Source of the DNA: a bacterium
GTDB lineage: Bacteria > UBA8248
NCBI GenBank assembly: GCA_965221165.1
Contig: CBDCRP010000003.1
Location: 1,728,001-1,792,000 of the forward strand
Direction of reading: 5' to 3'
Length of the DNA: 64,000 bases
Below are positions 38,942-48,729 of this stretch, in pieces; positions within the stretch are counted from its first letter, which is position 1, and the number at the start of each line of letters is the position of its first letter. The translations under genes and the position numbers were made by a program. Below the pieces are notes generated by a model that saw nothing but the letters and a program-made list of their open reading frames with translations, searched no databases and was not told the DNA's origin.

Positions 38942-39625
38942 ATGGCACTGACGAGCGGAAGGGCGCACACGAGTTCGGAATTCGAAAGCGAACTCCAGGA
39001 ACTCCGCCGCCTTATTCTGGAATTGGGCGCCAAGGTGGAGGCGATGATGGCGAAAAGCATCGAAAGCCTCACCCGGCGGGATTCGGACATCGCCCAGACA
39101 GTCATCGAAAGCGATCAGGAAATCAATCAGCTCGAAGTCGACGTGAACGAGCTTTGCCTGCAGATGGTGGCGCTCAGGCAGCCGACGTCGGTGGACCTTC
39201 GCTTCATCACGACGGGCCTGAAAATCGCCTCCGACCTCGAGCGGGTGGGCGACCTGGCCGTCAACGTGTGCGAGCGGGCGCTGGAGCTGAACGAGGAGCC
39301 TCCCCTCAAGCCCTATATCGAACTGCCGCGAATGGCCGGCGCTTCGAGCCAGATGCTGCGCGAGAGCCTGGACAGCTTCATCAAGGAAGACGTGGTCCTG
39401 GCTCGCAAGGTGATGGCGAGCGACGACGAAGTGGACGACATGAACGAGGAACTGTTCCGCGAACTGCTGACCTATATGCTGGACAACCCGCGCAACATCA
39501 GCCGGGCGACCCGCCTGACGTTCATCTCGAAATATTTCGAGAGAATCGCCGATCATGCGACGAACATCGCAGAGGCCGTCCTCTTCATGGTGGAAGGCCA
39601 GAACCCGAGACGGAGCGCCGAGTAG
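38942..39625 (+). CDS. phoU: Phosphate signalling protein PhoU
   Basis: ALRQP..DLR, DLERVGDLAVN, FERIADHATNIAE; GAGGAGG RBS. Confidence 0.95.
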   Translation: MALTSGRAHTSSEFESELQELRRLILELGAKVEAMMAKSIESLTRRDSDIAQTVIESDQEINQLEVDVNELCLQMVALRQPTSVDLRFITTGLKIASDLERVGDLAVNVCERALELNEEPPLKPYIELPRMAGASSQMLRESLDSFIKEDVVLARKVMASDDEVDDMNEELFRELLTYMLDNPRNISRATRLTFISKYFERIADHATNIAEAVLFMVEGQNPRRSAE

Positions 39626-39897
39626 TCTTTTCCCTCACCTTGCGGTTTCTTGGAATCCATCCGGGTTTTGGGGGAAGTTCTCGTTATCTTTCCCGCAGTT
39701 TTTTCAAAATAGATTTGTCAATGCGCCATTCCCCATTCGTCCGCTGGGTCGGCGGAGCGGATTTCAAGGGGTTTCCCGGTTCGCTATTCCCGGCATGGAT
39801 TTCAGGCGGCCGTAGTTGGCGGGGTCCATTTCCAGCTCGTTCCGGTTGATCGCCCGCGCGAGTTCGCTCACGGCGAACCCTCATACGGTGGGGAGGG

Positions 39898-40386
39898 TTA
39901 TTTCCCCTCGAGGAGTCGCGGCCAGTTCTTATCGCCCAGTTTGATGTAGCCGGGGATGTCCTGCTCCCAGGTTTGCTGAACGCCCTTGCTGTAGTTCAGA
40001 TAGAGTTTCCCGTCCACGATCTTCCAGGCTTCGGGGACGATGCTCGCGGTGTAGCCCTGGCTCACGGCGTATGCGCAGTAGCCGCCGTACCGGGGGGCGT
40101 ATTTTTCAGGATTATCGCGGAACAAGTCCCGGTTTCGCGCGCTCGAAAAATACCAGGTGGCGCCTTTCCATTTGTGGGAGAAGGCCCTCTTCCCCTGGAC
40201 GGGTTTTTTCTCCGTGAAATAGGCCACCGGGTCGTATCCTCTGATGGCGCCTCCCAGATAAGTGGAATATACGGGCGCGATGGCTTCCGCCGGGATAGTA
40301 AGAGCGAAGAAAAAGACGGCGAGCCAGATGGCCGTCCATACCCGCCAGATGCGGAGGGTCCGGGGCGTTTTAATCGGTTTTCGCAT
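39898..40386 (-). CDS. Secreted YHS-domain protein
   Basis: Signal-like N-terminus, AIRGYDPVAYF, PEKYAPRYGGYCAYAV, WKIVDGKLYLN. Confidence 0.85.
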   Translation of the reverse strand: MRKPIKTPRTLRIWRVWTAIWLAVFFFALTIPAEAIAPVYSTYLGGAIRGYDPVAYFTEKKPVQGKRAFSHKWKGATWYFSSARNRDLFRDNPEKYAPRYGGYCAYAVSQGYTASIVPEAWKIVDGKLYLNYSKGVQQTWEQDIPGYIKLGDKNWPRLLEGK

Positions 40387-40507
40387 CTCTCGAATCGTCC
40401 TCTGAAAAAATAAAGCGGCGATATCCCGGGGCAGTGGGATGCCCCGCAGACGCATTATACTCTAAAAACCCGCCGAAATGCGTTTCGAAGCGGCGACGAA
40501 AAATCCC

Positions 40508-41185
40508 TCAACACTCGTAAAATTCAGGCAGGGTGAGGTAGCCCTCGCGCGGCAGTTCATTTTTTAGGGGTAGGCCTTGCCTTAGTTTCTGTCTTTGGAC
40601 GGTCCGCAAATGCGCGAGCACGTTCCAGTAGACGTGGCGCAGGACCACGCCGATTTCCAGGTGAAAAAGGCCGGGGCGCTCCGCGTCTTCATGATAACCG
40701 AAAGGATGAAGGCGGGTGGACATTCTGTGGTAGTCGACGGGTTTGTGGGGGTCTCCCGGGCGGGAGGCTTCGGGGTCCGTGTAGTAGGTGAACGACAAGG
40801 AGCGCAATCTCTCCGCGCTTTCACGGTCTATGATTTCACAGCAAAGCGCGGCCCAGGGCCGCATGAAGGCGACGACGGCGGCCCTGTCGCCGGCCGCTTC
40901 GGGCGGGACGTGCCGGATGCCTGCGCCGATGAGGTCGGCGATGAGCCCGGCGGTATCGGGAAACGCATAGCCTTCTCTCAGAAGCATCTCGCCTGCCCGC
41001 ATGGACAGCCACACCGGGGTCACGAGGGCGATGTGGCGCAGTTGTAAATCCATCGACCAACGCGCCCACGGCGGCTCCTCGTTGGCGTAGGACATCTGTT
41101 CGTGGGTCAGTCCATCGACCTCCCCGTAAACGAGATCGGGATAGTTTTGGAGACGGGTTTTTAGTTCGGGCCATTCCGTATTCAT
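40508..41185 (-). CDS. Hypothetical protein, possibly DinB-like
   Basis: GAGGTG RBS; WSMDLQLRHI and RHVYWNVLAHLRT His pattern resembles the DinB superfamily. Confidence 0.5.
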   Translation of the reverse strand: MNTEWPELKTRLQNYPDLVYGEVDGLTHEQMSYANEEPPWARWSMDLQLRHIALVTPVWLSMRAGEMLLREGYAFPDTAGLIADLIGAGIRHVPPEAAGDRAAVVAFMRPWAALCCEIIDRESAERLRSLSFTYYTDPEASRPGDPHKPVDYHRMSTRLHPFGYHEDAERPGLFHLEIGVVLRHVYWNVLAHLRTVQRQKLRQGLPLKNELPREGYLTLPEFYEC

Positions 41186-41375
41186 CTTTTTCACCTCTGG
41201 GTTCAGGTTTTCATGGGAGCAAGTGAAAAGATTATACCTTGTAAGCGGGAGAAAAGAAGAGTAGAATCTTCCCATCCATTTGAATCTTGCATATTTTCGC
41301 GCTTATACGCGTCTCGCACTTCGATATCCTCGCAAGGGGGATATTTTCCATTCCTGTTCAGGGAGGGTACTGACA

Positions 41376-42365
41376 ATGGCAAAAAGAATTATTCCCGTCG
41401 TTTTCGCCGCTGTAGCGTTTCTCCTCGCCCAGGGCGCAGCCCCTGCGCTGGGAGCCAAGAAGGTCGTCATCAAGGTCGGCCACATGTACAGCAACAAGAA
41501 CCCCACCCATTACGGAGCCATCGAGTTCGGAAAAATTCTCGACAAGCTCAGCAATGGAACCATGGAGGTCCAGGTATTCCTGAAGGGCCAGGTCGGCGAC
41601 GGCAAGACCCAGCTGCAGTCGGTTCAGTTGGGCGCCATTCAGGCGACGTTCCAGGGACTCACGCAGTTTCCCGCGTATGACAGCCTGAACCTTCCCTATT
41701 TCTGGAAGAGCACCAAGCACGTCCGCACCGTCGCCAACGGCCCCCTGTTCGAACGCTGGCGCAAGGAGTTTCTAAAAAAGCGCGGCACAATCATGGTGAG
41801 CGTCATCAACCGGGGCGCGCGGCACGTGCTCTCCCGCAAGAAGCCTCTTAAGACGCTCGCCGATTTCAAGGGTCTCAAAATCCGCGTCCCGCAGGCGCCT
41901 CCCTGGGTCCTGGCCTTCCGGGGGCTGGGCGCGAAGCCCACGCCGATGTCCTGGGCGGATGTCTACAACGCCATGTTGCTGGGCACGGTCGACGCCATGG
42001 AAAACACCCTGGAGACGATCTACACGAACAAGTTCTACGAAGTGGGCAAACACCTGACGCTCACCGCCCACCTCTCCTCGACGTCGTACTTCATGGTGAA
42101 CGACAAGTGGCGAAACGACTTGAACAAACAGCAGCGCAAGTGGTTCGACGACGCGCTGACCAAGGGAATCGCCCACGCGCAGAAAATCTACACGGATCTC
42201 GAGAACGCCTATCTGGACAAGTTCAAGAAAAAAGGCGTGAATATCTACAACATCAACGTGGACGAATTCGCCAAGAAAACCGCCTCGGCCGCGGAGACCA
42301 TCGGCACGAAGGGATGGGGCAAGGACTTCTTCGCGAAGGTCAAGGCGACGCGCTCGAAGTTCTAA
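41376..42365 (+). CDS. dctP: TRAP transporter substrate-binding protein DctP
   Basis: Signal peptide, GARHV, DFKGLKIRVP, GAKPTPM..VY.A...GTVDAMEN. Confidence 0.9.
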   Translation: MAKRIIPVVFAAVAFLLAQGAAPALGAKKVVIKVGHMYSNKNPTHYGAIEFGKILDKLSNGTMEVQVFLKGQVGDGKTQLQSVQLGAIQATFQGLTQFPAYDSLNLPYFWKSTKHVRTVANGPLFERWRKEFLKKRGTIMVSVINRGARHVLSRKKPLKTLADFKGLKIRVPQAPPWVLAFRGLGAKPTPMSWADVYNAMLLGTVDAMENTLETIYTNKFYEVGKHLTLTAHLSSTSYFMVNDKWRNDLNKQQRKWFDDALTKGIAHAQKIYTDLENAYLDKFKKKGVNIYNINVDEFAKKTASAAETIGTKGWGKDFFAKVKATRSKF

Positions 42366-42416
42366 AGGATGAGTTTATTGATGCGCGCAGGCTAGTCCGC
42401 ACGGCGCGCAGTCACG

Positions 42417-42458
42417 AAAAAGACACCGCCGGATATGGTGAGCCGGCGGTGTCTTTTT
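42417..42458. terminator. Bidirectional terminator between convergent dctP and dctM
   Basis: AAAAAGACACCGCCGG-loop-CCGGCGGTGTCTTTTT. Confidence 0.8.
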
Positions 42459-42466
42459 GTTTCGTT

Positions 42467-43753
42467 CTACTCGACGGGCAGCAGCAGGTTCGGGAGCCAC
42501 ATGACGAGCGGCGAGTAGTAGACGATGGCGAACAGCGTGATGATGAGCGGAATATAAAACGGCGCAGTCGCCCTGACGATGATCCAGAAGGGGACTTTCG
42601 TGATGTCCGAAACGACGTAGAGCGCAAGGGCGAATGGCGGCGTAAGGTTTCCGATAACGAGATTCAGCACCATGAACACGCCCAGGTGCACGAGGTCGAT
42701 GTCCAGCGCCTGGGCGATGGGCAGCATGACCGGCGTCACGATGAGAAGCAGGGGGGTGGGTTCCATCACCATGCCGCCGATGAGCAAAAAGATGTTCAGC
42801 ACGAAGAGGATGAGCCACTTCTCCTCTAAGGCGGTCATGAGGAAGTGGGCGAAGATGAAGGGAATGCGCTCGATGGTGATGAGGCGGGTGAAGACCGAGG
42901 CGGCGGAGAATATGAACAAAACCACGGCCGTATAAATAATGACCGTCGAGAGGATACGGGGAATGTCCGCCAGGCGGACCTCCTTGTAAACCACCATTCC
43001 GAGAAAGAGCGACCACGCCACGGCGAGCACGGCCGCCTCGGTGGGCGTCGTGGCGCCCGAGCCGATTCCGCCTAAAATGATCGCAGGCGTCAGCAGAGCC
43101 AGAAAAGCGGAGCGGAAGCTCTTCCATATCTGGGCGAGCGAGGCCCGTGGATACTTCTTGTATCCCCGTTTTCGGGAGATGAAATAGACGATCACCATCA
43201 TCGCGCCGCCCATGAAGAATCCCGGAATCACGCCGCCCAAGAATACGCGTCCCGCCGATTCTTCGGCGATGCTCGCGTATATCACCATGATGATGCTGGG
43301 GGGGATGATGGGTCCGATGCACGAACTCGCGGCCGTAACGGCCGCGGAGAAAGGCTTGTCGTAGCCCTCCTTGGTCATCCCCTCGATTTCCACGCGGCCC
43401 AGGCCCGCCGCGTCGGCCAGTGCGGAGCCGGACATGCCGGCGAAAATGATGCTGGCGACGATGTTGGCGTGTCCCAGACTTCCGGTGAAATGACCGACCA
43501 GCGTTTTTGCGAAGTCGAAAATCCGGTCCGTGACCTTCGCGATGTTCATGATCTGGGCGGCGAAAATGAACAGCGGAATGGCGATGAGCGAGTAATGCTC
43601 CAGAGAGCCGATCATGATGCTCGCCAGGAAGGTGACCGGCATCTCGGAGAGGAACGTCAGATAAAACAGACAGGTGAATACCAGAGCCATGGCTATCGGG
43701 GTGTTGAAGGCGAGGAAGAAGAAAAACAGGATAACGAGTATCATGGCGTTCAT
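42467..43753 (-). CDS. dctM: TRAP transporter large permease DctM
   Basis: AIPLFI, GMSGSALADA, GPIIPPS, TPTEAA, GNLTPP. Confidence 0.93.
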   Translation of the reverse strand: MNAMILVILFFFFLAFNTPIAMALVFTCLFYLTFLSEMPVTFLASIMIGSLEHYSLIAIPLFIFAAQIMNIAKVTDRIFDFAKTLVGHFTGSLGHANIVASIIFAGMSGSALADAAGLGRVEIEGMTKEGYDKPFSAAVTAASSCIGPIIPPSIIMVIYASIAEESAGRVFLGGVIPGFFMGGAMMVIVYFISRKRGYKKYPRASLAQIWKSFRSAFLALLTPAIILGGIGSGATTPTEAAVLAVAWSLFLGMVVYKEVRLADIPRILSTVIIYTAVVLFIFSAASVFTRLITIERIPFIFAHFLMTALEEKWLILFVLNIFLLIGGMVMEPTPLLLIVTPVMLPIAQALDIDLVHLGVFMVLNLVIGNLTPPFALALYVVSDITKVPFWIIVRATAPFYIPLIITLFAIVYYSPLVMWLPNLLLPVE

Positions 43754-43769
43754 GCCGACTCCTTCGCGC

Positions 43770-44438
43770 TCACACCGCCGGGGAACTCCGGTGGCCCAGT
43801 TCCGCTTTCCCTATCGTCAGGGCCCATAGCTGTCGTCCCGAGTGGATGACCATCAGGGTCATTCCTATGGGAAACGATGCGCTTTGATAGGTTTGCGGGA
43901 ACTCGAGTGCCGAGGAGGGGTAGGTCCACTCCAGGATGGCCACCAAGGTGCCGTGATAAATGAGGAGCAAGAGGGTGAAGAAGATGAGAATCTCGATGGT
44001 GACGTGAATTTTTCGCTGCAACCGCAGCGGAAGCTGGCCGACGAAAGTCTCCATGGTCAGTTTTTCGCCATGCTTGTATGCGAGCGCCATGCCGAGAAAA
44101 ACGCCCCAATGAAAGCACAACAGCGTAATCTCCTCGGCCCATACGATGGGGTCGTCCAGAATGTATCTGAAATACACCTGCATGAAGACGAGATACCCGA
44201 TGGCCGCCAGGAAGGGAAAGGCCAGAATTTCTTCTAAATTACGCAGCAAAAAGATGCCGCCGCTCGTCTTTATCTGGCGGACGACGTATATGACGAGGCC
44301 CGCGAGCAGGATGACGGGGACGATGTAATGAAAAACGGGGATGCTGATCAGGATGAGCGGCGGCTGGACCAGGGTGTAGAACACCCACGAGGATATCTTG
44401 AATATCAGTACGAAAGGTAAAGCTATCCACTCCGACAC
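43770..44438 (-). CDS. dctQ: TRAP transporter small permease DctQ with extra N-terminal TM segments
   Basis: QVYFRY...WAEEI..W.VFLG motif; directly upstream of dctM. Confidence 0.8.
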   Translation of the reverse strand: MSEWIALPFVLIFKISSWVFYTLVQPPLILISIPVFHYIVPVILLAGLVIYVVRQIKTSGGIFLLRNLEEILAFPFLAAIGYLVFMQVYFRYILDDPIVWAEEITLLCFHWGVFLGMALAYKHGEKLTMETFVGQLPLRLQRKIHVTIEILIFFTLLLLIYHGTLVAILEWTYPSSALEFPQTYQSASFPIGMTLMVIHSGRQLWALTIGKAELGHRSSPAV

Positions 44439-44533
44439 GAAATAACCCCCTTATGGGGAAGCGAGTGTCCAATGCCCGGGATTTCGCTTTTTCAGCATGT
44501 ATCCCTTGTACAGAAGCGCGTGCGGGAGGTCAA

Positions 44534-45634
44534 CTAGAGGTCTCGCCACGGCTGAAGCACGGTCTTCACCTGTTCTTCTTCGGGAAACTCTCCGCCCGTG
44601 ATGCGCACGGCGCGCTCCGCTTGGGCGAGAGGGAAGCGGTGGGTCACCATCTCCGTGAAGGGATAGGGCGAGTTCGCCGCGAAGTCGAGCGCGCCCCGCA
44701 CGGCGTCGCTCGTGTGGCTGTATGCGCCCTGGATGCGTATTTCGCCCCACACCAGGGGGTCCAGATCCAGAGAGGCCTCCTTGCCGCCGGTGAGTCCGGC
44801 CAGCACCACCGTGCCCAGCCTGCGGACGAGCCTGGGCGAGAGGCTCGCCGCGGCGGGGCTTCCCGTCACGTCGACGACTACGTCCGCCATCCGGTCGCCC
44901 GTGAGTTTGCGGACTTCCTCGGCGGGGTCTGTGGCCTCGATGTCGATGAGGTGGTCCGCGCCGAAGCGTTTCGCCGTTTCCAGCCGCTTCGCGTCGCGCG
45001 CAAGGCCGGTGAGGATGACCTTTCCCGCTCCGGTGTGTTTCGCCACCGCGCACGCGCAAAGACCCTGCGGACCCGGGCCTTGAACCACCACGGTATCGCC
45101 GACCGATATTCCGCCCAAATCGTGCGCCCACCGCACGCCGTTCGCCAGGACGGCCGTGATGAGCACGGCGCATTCGTCGGGGAGCCCCTCGGGCGCCTTG
45201 TGGATTCCAGCGCCCGGCGGCAGGTAGACGTATTGCCCGTAAGCGCCCCAGAGGTGGGGAGGCGCTTCGCAGGAGCGCCCGCTGCCGTACACCATCGCCT
45301 CCTTACACAGGCGGCGGTTGCCCGTGTGGCAATACCAGCACTGGTTGCACCCCACCTGGCCTTCCACCACGAGGCGGTCGCCCTCCTTGACGCCCAGGCG
45401 CTTTTGGACGTTTTTCCCCACCCTGGCGAGACGGCCCACCATCTCGTGGCCCATGATGATGGGATAGTTCCACCTGTGGGCTACCTTGCCGCCAAAGTAT
45501 TTGTAATCAGACGAGCAAACGCCCACCATGTCGACGTGGAGCAGGCCGTCCTCATCGCCGATATCGGGCAGGGGAAATTCTTGTAAGCTGATTGTACCGG
45601 GCGTTTCTACGACGGCTGAAACCTCGTGCGTCAT
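44534..45634 (-). CDS. Zinc-binding dehydrogenase (MDR family)
   Basis: GVCSSD, GHEMVG, CNQCWYC...C, GPGPQG. Confidence 0.9.
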   Translation of the reverse strand: MTHEVSAVVETPGTISLQEFPLPDIGDEDGLLHVDMVGVCSSDYKYFGGKVAHRWNYPIIMGHEMVGRLARVGKNVQKRLGVKEGDRLVVEGQVGCNQCWYCHTGNRRLCKEAMVYGSGRSCEAPPHLWGAYGQYVYLPPGAGIHKAPEGLPDECAVLITAVLANGVRWAHDLGGISVGDTVVVQGPGPQGLCACAVAKHTGAGKVILTGLARDAKRLETAKRFGADHLIDIEATDPAEEVRKLTGDRMADVVVDVTGSPAAASLSPRLVRRLGTVVLAGLTGGKEASLDLDPLVWGEIRIQGAYSHTSDAVRGALDFAANSPYPFTEMVTHRFPLAQAERAVRITGGEFPEEEQVKTVLQPWRDL

Positions 45635-45664
45635 GGTCGTCTCCTGCAATTCGTCTACGCCGCG

Positions 45665-46321
45665 TCAATCGGTGTCGAACTTCTGCGCGAGGCGGGGGAA
45701 TAGGTCGCGCATCGATTCGCCCTCGGCTATGCGCCCTTTGACTTCCTTTTCGATCTCCCGAATCCGGGTGACCTGCCGCTTCACCTGTGCGAGAGAGCTT
45801 TGCGGAACGACGGCCACGCCGTCGATATCCGCGACGATGATGTCGCCGGGTTCGACGCGCACCCCGCAGCAGGTGACGGGAGCGTCTTTCGCCACGACTT
45901 CCAGGCGCTTCGGGAAGGCCAGGCTCCACACCGATTTGCTGAACACGGGAAAATCGAGATCGCGGAGGGTTTCCAGGTCCCGCGTCGCACCGTCGATAAC
46001 GCAGCCGAGCGCGCCGCGCCGTTTGCAGACGCTGCTCGCGCCCCCGCCCCAGACGGCCAGAGGAGAACTTGCCGCGTCGACGACGACCACCGAGCCTGCG
46101 GGTACTTCTTCCACCGCGTCGTAGAGGCTGAAGAGAGCCTTGGCTCCCGGGTCTCGCACCGGCGCGAACACCATGGTGGCGGCCGGCCCTGCGAATCTTG
46201 GATAGCTCTCGGGGGCGGTGGGCCGTGGGCCTTCCATGATGAGGTTCAGCCCCAGGGCCGTGGAGGCGTCGCCGAGCGTCGCCGTTTCGATATCCGAGAA
46301 AAACGCTGCGTCCGAATCCAT
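45665..46321 (-). CDS. RraA family / HMG aldolase-like protein
   Basis: TATLGDA, FAGPAAT, AVWGG, VIDGATRD, PGDIIVADIDGVAVVP. Confidence 0.85.
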   Translation of the reverse strand: MDSDAAFFSDIETATLGDASTALGLNLIMEGPRPTAPESYPRFAGPAATMVFAPVRDPGAKALFSLYDAVEEVPAGSVVVVDAASSPLAVWGGGASSVCKRRGALGCVIDGATRDLETLRDLDFPVFSKSVWSLAFPKRLEVVAKDAPVTCCGVRVEPGDIIVADIDGVAVVPQSSLAQVKRQVTRIREIEKEVKGRIAEGESMRDLFPRLAQKFDTD

Positions 46322-46653
46322 CCGTATCTCCTTTTCATGACGCGCCGTCGCTCCCAGGCGCGCATCGCTTCATGTACAGGGTAGGCCAGTATAGTCATTT
46401 CAGGAGAAAAATACATGGGAATCCCGCTGCTCGACTCCACTTTCATCTAACCGGGGATGGAACAGGTGCGCGGGTCCGGGTGGAGATATCCCCCTGTAGT
46501 CGAATCCGCCCCGAACGCCCGCTCCCATAATCCACCTATCGGTTTTCTCTCCAAACGCTCGAACCTCCGAGGTCCGGGGGCCGGGTGAACAAACCCCCCA
46601 ATTCGGGCTAAGATGCCCCCATCGGTCACGCTTTTTTATGGAACAGGGAATCC

Positions 46654-48678
46654 ATGAGCCAGGAATCATTTGTTGGGGAAATCGACCCCATATCCTTAGA
46701 AGTCATCAACGAATCCTTCGTGGCCGTCGTCCGGGAGATGCGGGCGAACATGGTGCGGACGGCGTATTCGTCCATCATCTACGAGGGACACGATTTCTCC
46801 TGCGTGCTCGTGGACGGCGCGGGGCAGCTCGTCGCCATGGCGGAGGACAACCCCGTCCACATTTTCCCCGTGCCGATGGAAGTCGGAGAAATGCTCGATC
46901 GCTTCGGGGGAGACGTCCATCCGGGCGACGTATTCATCCACAACGACCCCTATACGGGCGGAACGCACTTGAACGACGTGGCGATGATCTCCCCTTTGTT
47001 CCATGGCGCGAAAATGGCGGTCTACCCCGTCGTCCGCGCGCACTGGGGGGACGTGGGCGGCACGACTCCGGGGAGCATTTCCGGGAAAAACACCGAGATT
47101 CTCCACGACGGGGTGCGCATCCCCATATTGCGGATCATCGAGAAGGGAAAGATAAACGATGGTGTTCTCGACTTGCTTCTCCACAACATGCGGGTTCCCG
47201 AGGAGAGGCGCGGAGATTTCTTCGCCATGCTCGCCACCTGCCACACGGCCCACAAGCGGCTGGAGGAGTTGGCGGCGAAATACGATTGGGGCGTCATACT
47301 CGCCGCGAAGGATCGCCTGCTCGATCGCGCCGAAGCCTCCATGCGGCGCAGGATCGCCGCCTTGCCCGAGGGAGAATCCACCTACGAGCATTTCATGGAT
47401 CACGACGGGCACTCGCTCGAACCGATACGCATCCGCGTGCGGGTCCAGAAAACCGGCGATGAGTTGATAGTTGATTTTCGCGGAACCGACCCGCAGACCA
47501 AGGGAGCCTACAACGTAGGTCCCGCCATGGCCCCATCCGCCGCCTTCAGCGTCATCAAGGCGTTCTTCGACCCCAAGGGCGCGATCAACCACGGGGCCTT
47601 TCGCCCGCTCACCATCCGGGTCGAGCCGGGCTCCTTGCTTTCGGCCCGCTATCCGGCGAGTTGCGCGGGCTCGATGGAGGTGAGCCACGCCGTGGTGTCC
47701 GCTCTTATCGGCGCGACCGCGCCCTTTGCGTCGGGCGTCGTTACGGGTGATTTGAAGGGCACCTCGAACCACGTCTACATCGGCGGGAACGACCCGGGGA
47801 GCGGCCGGCCTTTCCTGTTCTACGAGTTTCCGGCGGGCGGCACGGGAGGTTTTGAAGAAAGCGACGGCAACAACGCGGCGCGGAATTTTACGGAAGGCGA
47901 TTTCGCTTCTATCCAGTCGATTGAAGTCATCGAACAGGGACAGCCGCTGCGCATCAGGGAACTCTCCTTGCGCGCGGATTCGGGCGGGGCCGGAACCCGG
48001 AGAGGCGGCCTGGGTCTGCACCGCGAGGTGGAAGTCCTGGCGGATAGCGCGCTCTTGTCGATTTCCTCGGACAAGAACATCATCCCCCCCTTCGGGGTGC
48101 TCGGAGGCGGACCGGGAAGGCCCAATCGCTTCGTGGTCGTAAGGGGAGTAGAGACTCTGCCGCCCACAGAAACGCCCGGCAAGGCGGCGGGTTTTCCGCT
48201 CGGGAGGGGAGACGTGCTCATCATGCAGACCGCAGGCGGAGGAGGCTATGGCGATCCGTTCAAGCGGGAGCCAAAGTCGGTTCTCGCCGACGTGGGCGCG
48301 GGCTACGTCACCGAAGAGGGAGCGAGGCGAGAATACGCCGTGATTGTGCGGGGGGGGGTCGTGGACGAGGAGGCTACGCGCGCCCGCAGGCAGGCCGCCC
48401 GCGCGACAAGGCGCGCCCTGACGCTCGTTCTAAAAGATGAAAAGGCCCATGAGGATTCCCGCCGCAGGTGTTATATGAGCCCGGCGACGCTCGCGGGGCG
48501 TGAGCTTAACAAAGGGGATTTGGTCGAGTTGCGCGGAAAGTGGGGGGTTCCGCTGCGCGCTTGGATGGAAGAAGACGCGGGTGTGCCCGAGAACGCGGCC
48601 GGTCTGGACGCGGATGGAATCGGCATACTCGACGCCGTAGAGGGAGAGGGAATCTTCCTGTCTCCCGTGAGCGTATGA
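46654..48678 (+). CDS. Hydantoinase B / oxoprolinase family protein
   Basis: RTAYSSIIYEGHDFS, NDPYTGGTHLND, HWGDVGG, DSGGAG..RGGLG, GGGGYGDP; extra C-terminal ~80-aa domain. Confidence 0.92.
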   Translation: MSQESFVGEIDPISLEVINESFVAVVREMRANMVRTAYSSIIYEGHDFSCVLVDGAGQLVAMAEDNPVHIFPVPMEVGEMLDRFGGDVHPGDVFIHNDPYTGGTHLNDVAMISPLFHGAKMAVYPVVRAHWGDVGGTTPGSISGKNTEILHDGVRIPILRIIEKGKINDGVLDLLLHNMRVPEERRGDFFAMLATCHTAHKRLEELAAKYDWGVILAAKDRLLDRAEASMRRRIAALPEGESTYEHFMDHDGHSLEPIRIRVRVQKTGDELIVDFRGTDPQTKGAYNVGPAMAPSAAFSVIKAFFDPKGAINHGAFRPLTIRVEPGSLLSARYPASCAGSMEVSHAVVSALIGATAPFASGVVTGDLKGTSNHVYIGGNDPGSGRPFLFYEFPAGGTGGFEESDGNNAARNFTEGDFASIQSIEVIEQGQPLRIRELSLRADSGGAGTRRGGLGLHREVEVLADSALLSISSDKNIIPPFGVLGGGPGRPNRFVVVRGVETLPPTETPGKAAGFPLGRGDVLIMQTAGGGGYGDPFKREPKSVLADVGAGYVTEEGARREYAVIVRGGVVDEEATRARRQAARATRRALTLVLKDEKAHEDSRRRCYMSPATLAGRELNKGDLVELRGKWGVPLRAWMEEDAGVPENAAGLDADGIGILDAVEGEGIFLSPVSV

Positions 48679-48729
48679 GCGGGTTTGTTGACTTTGGGAA
48701 TTTTACGCCAAACTGGCGAAGATGATTTT

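Noticed and set aside
36504-38948. Long antisense ORFs (814 aa here; also 20611-22719, 60241-62049 and others)
   Set aside because: They overlap well-supported genes on the opposite strand, as expected in GC-rich coding DNA.
39898-40386. Selenoprotein form of the YHS protein
   Set aside because: The GGYCAY position is TGC (Cys); no in-frame TGA.
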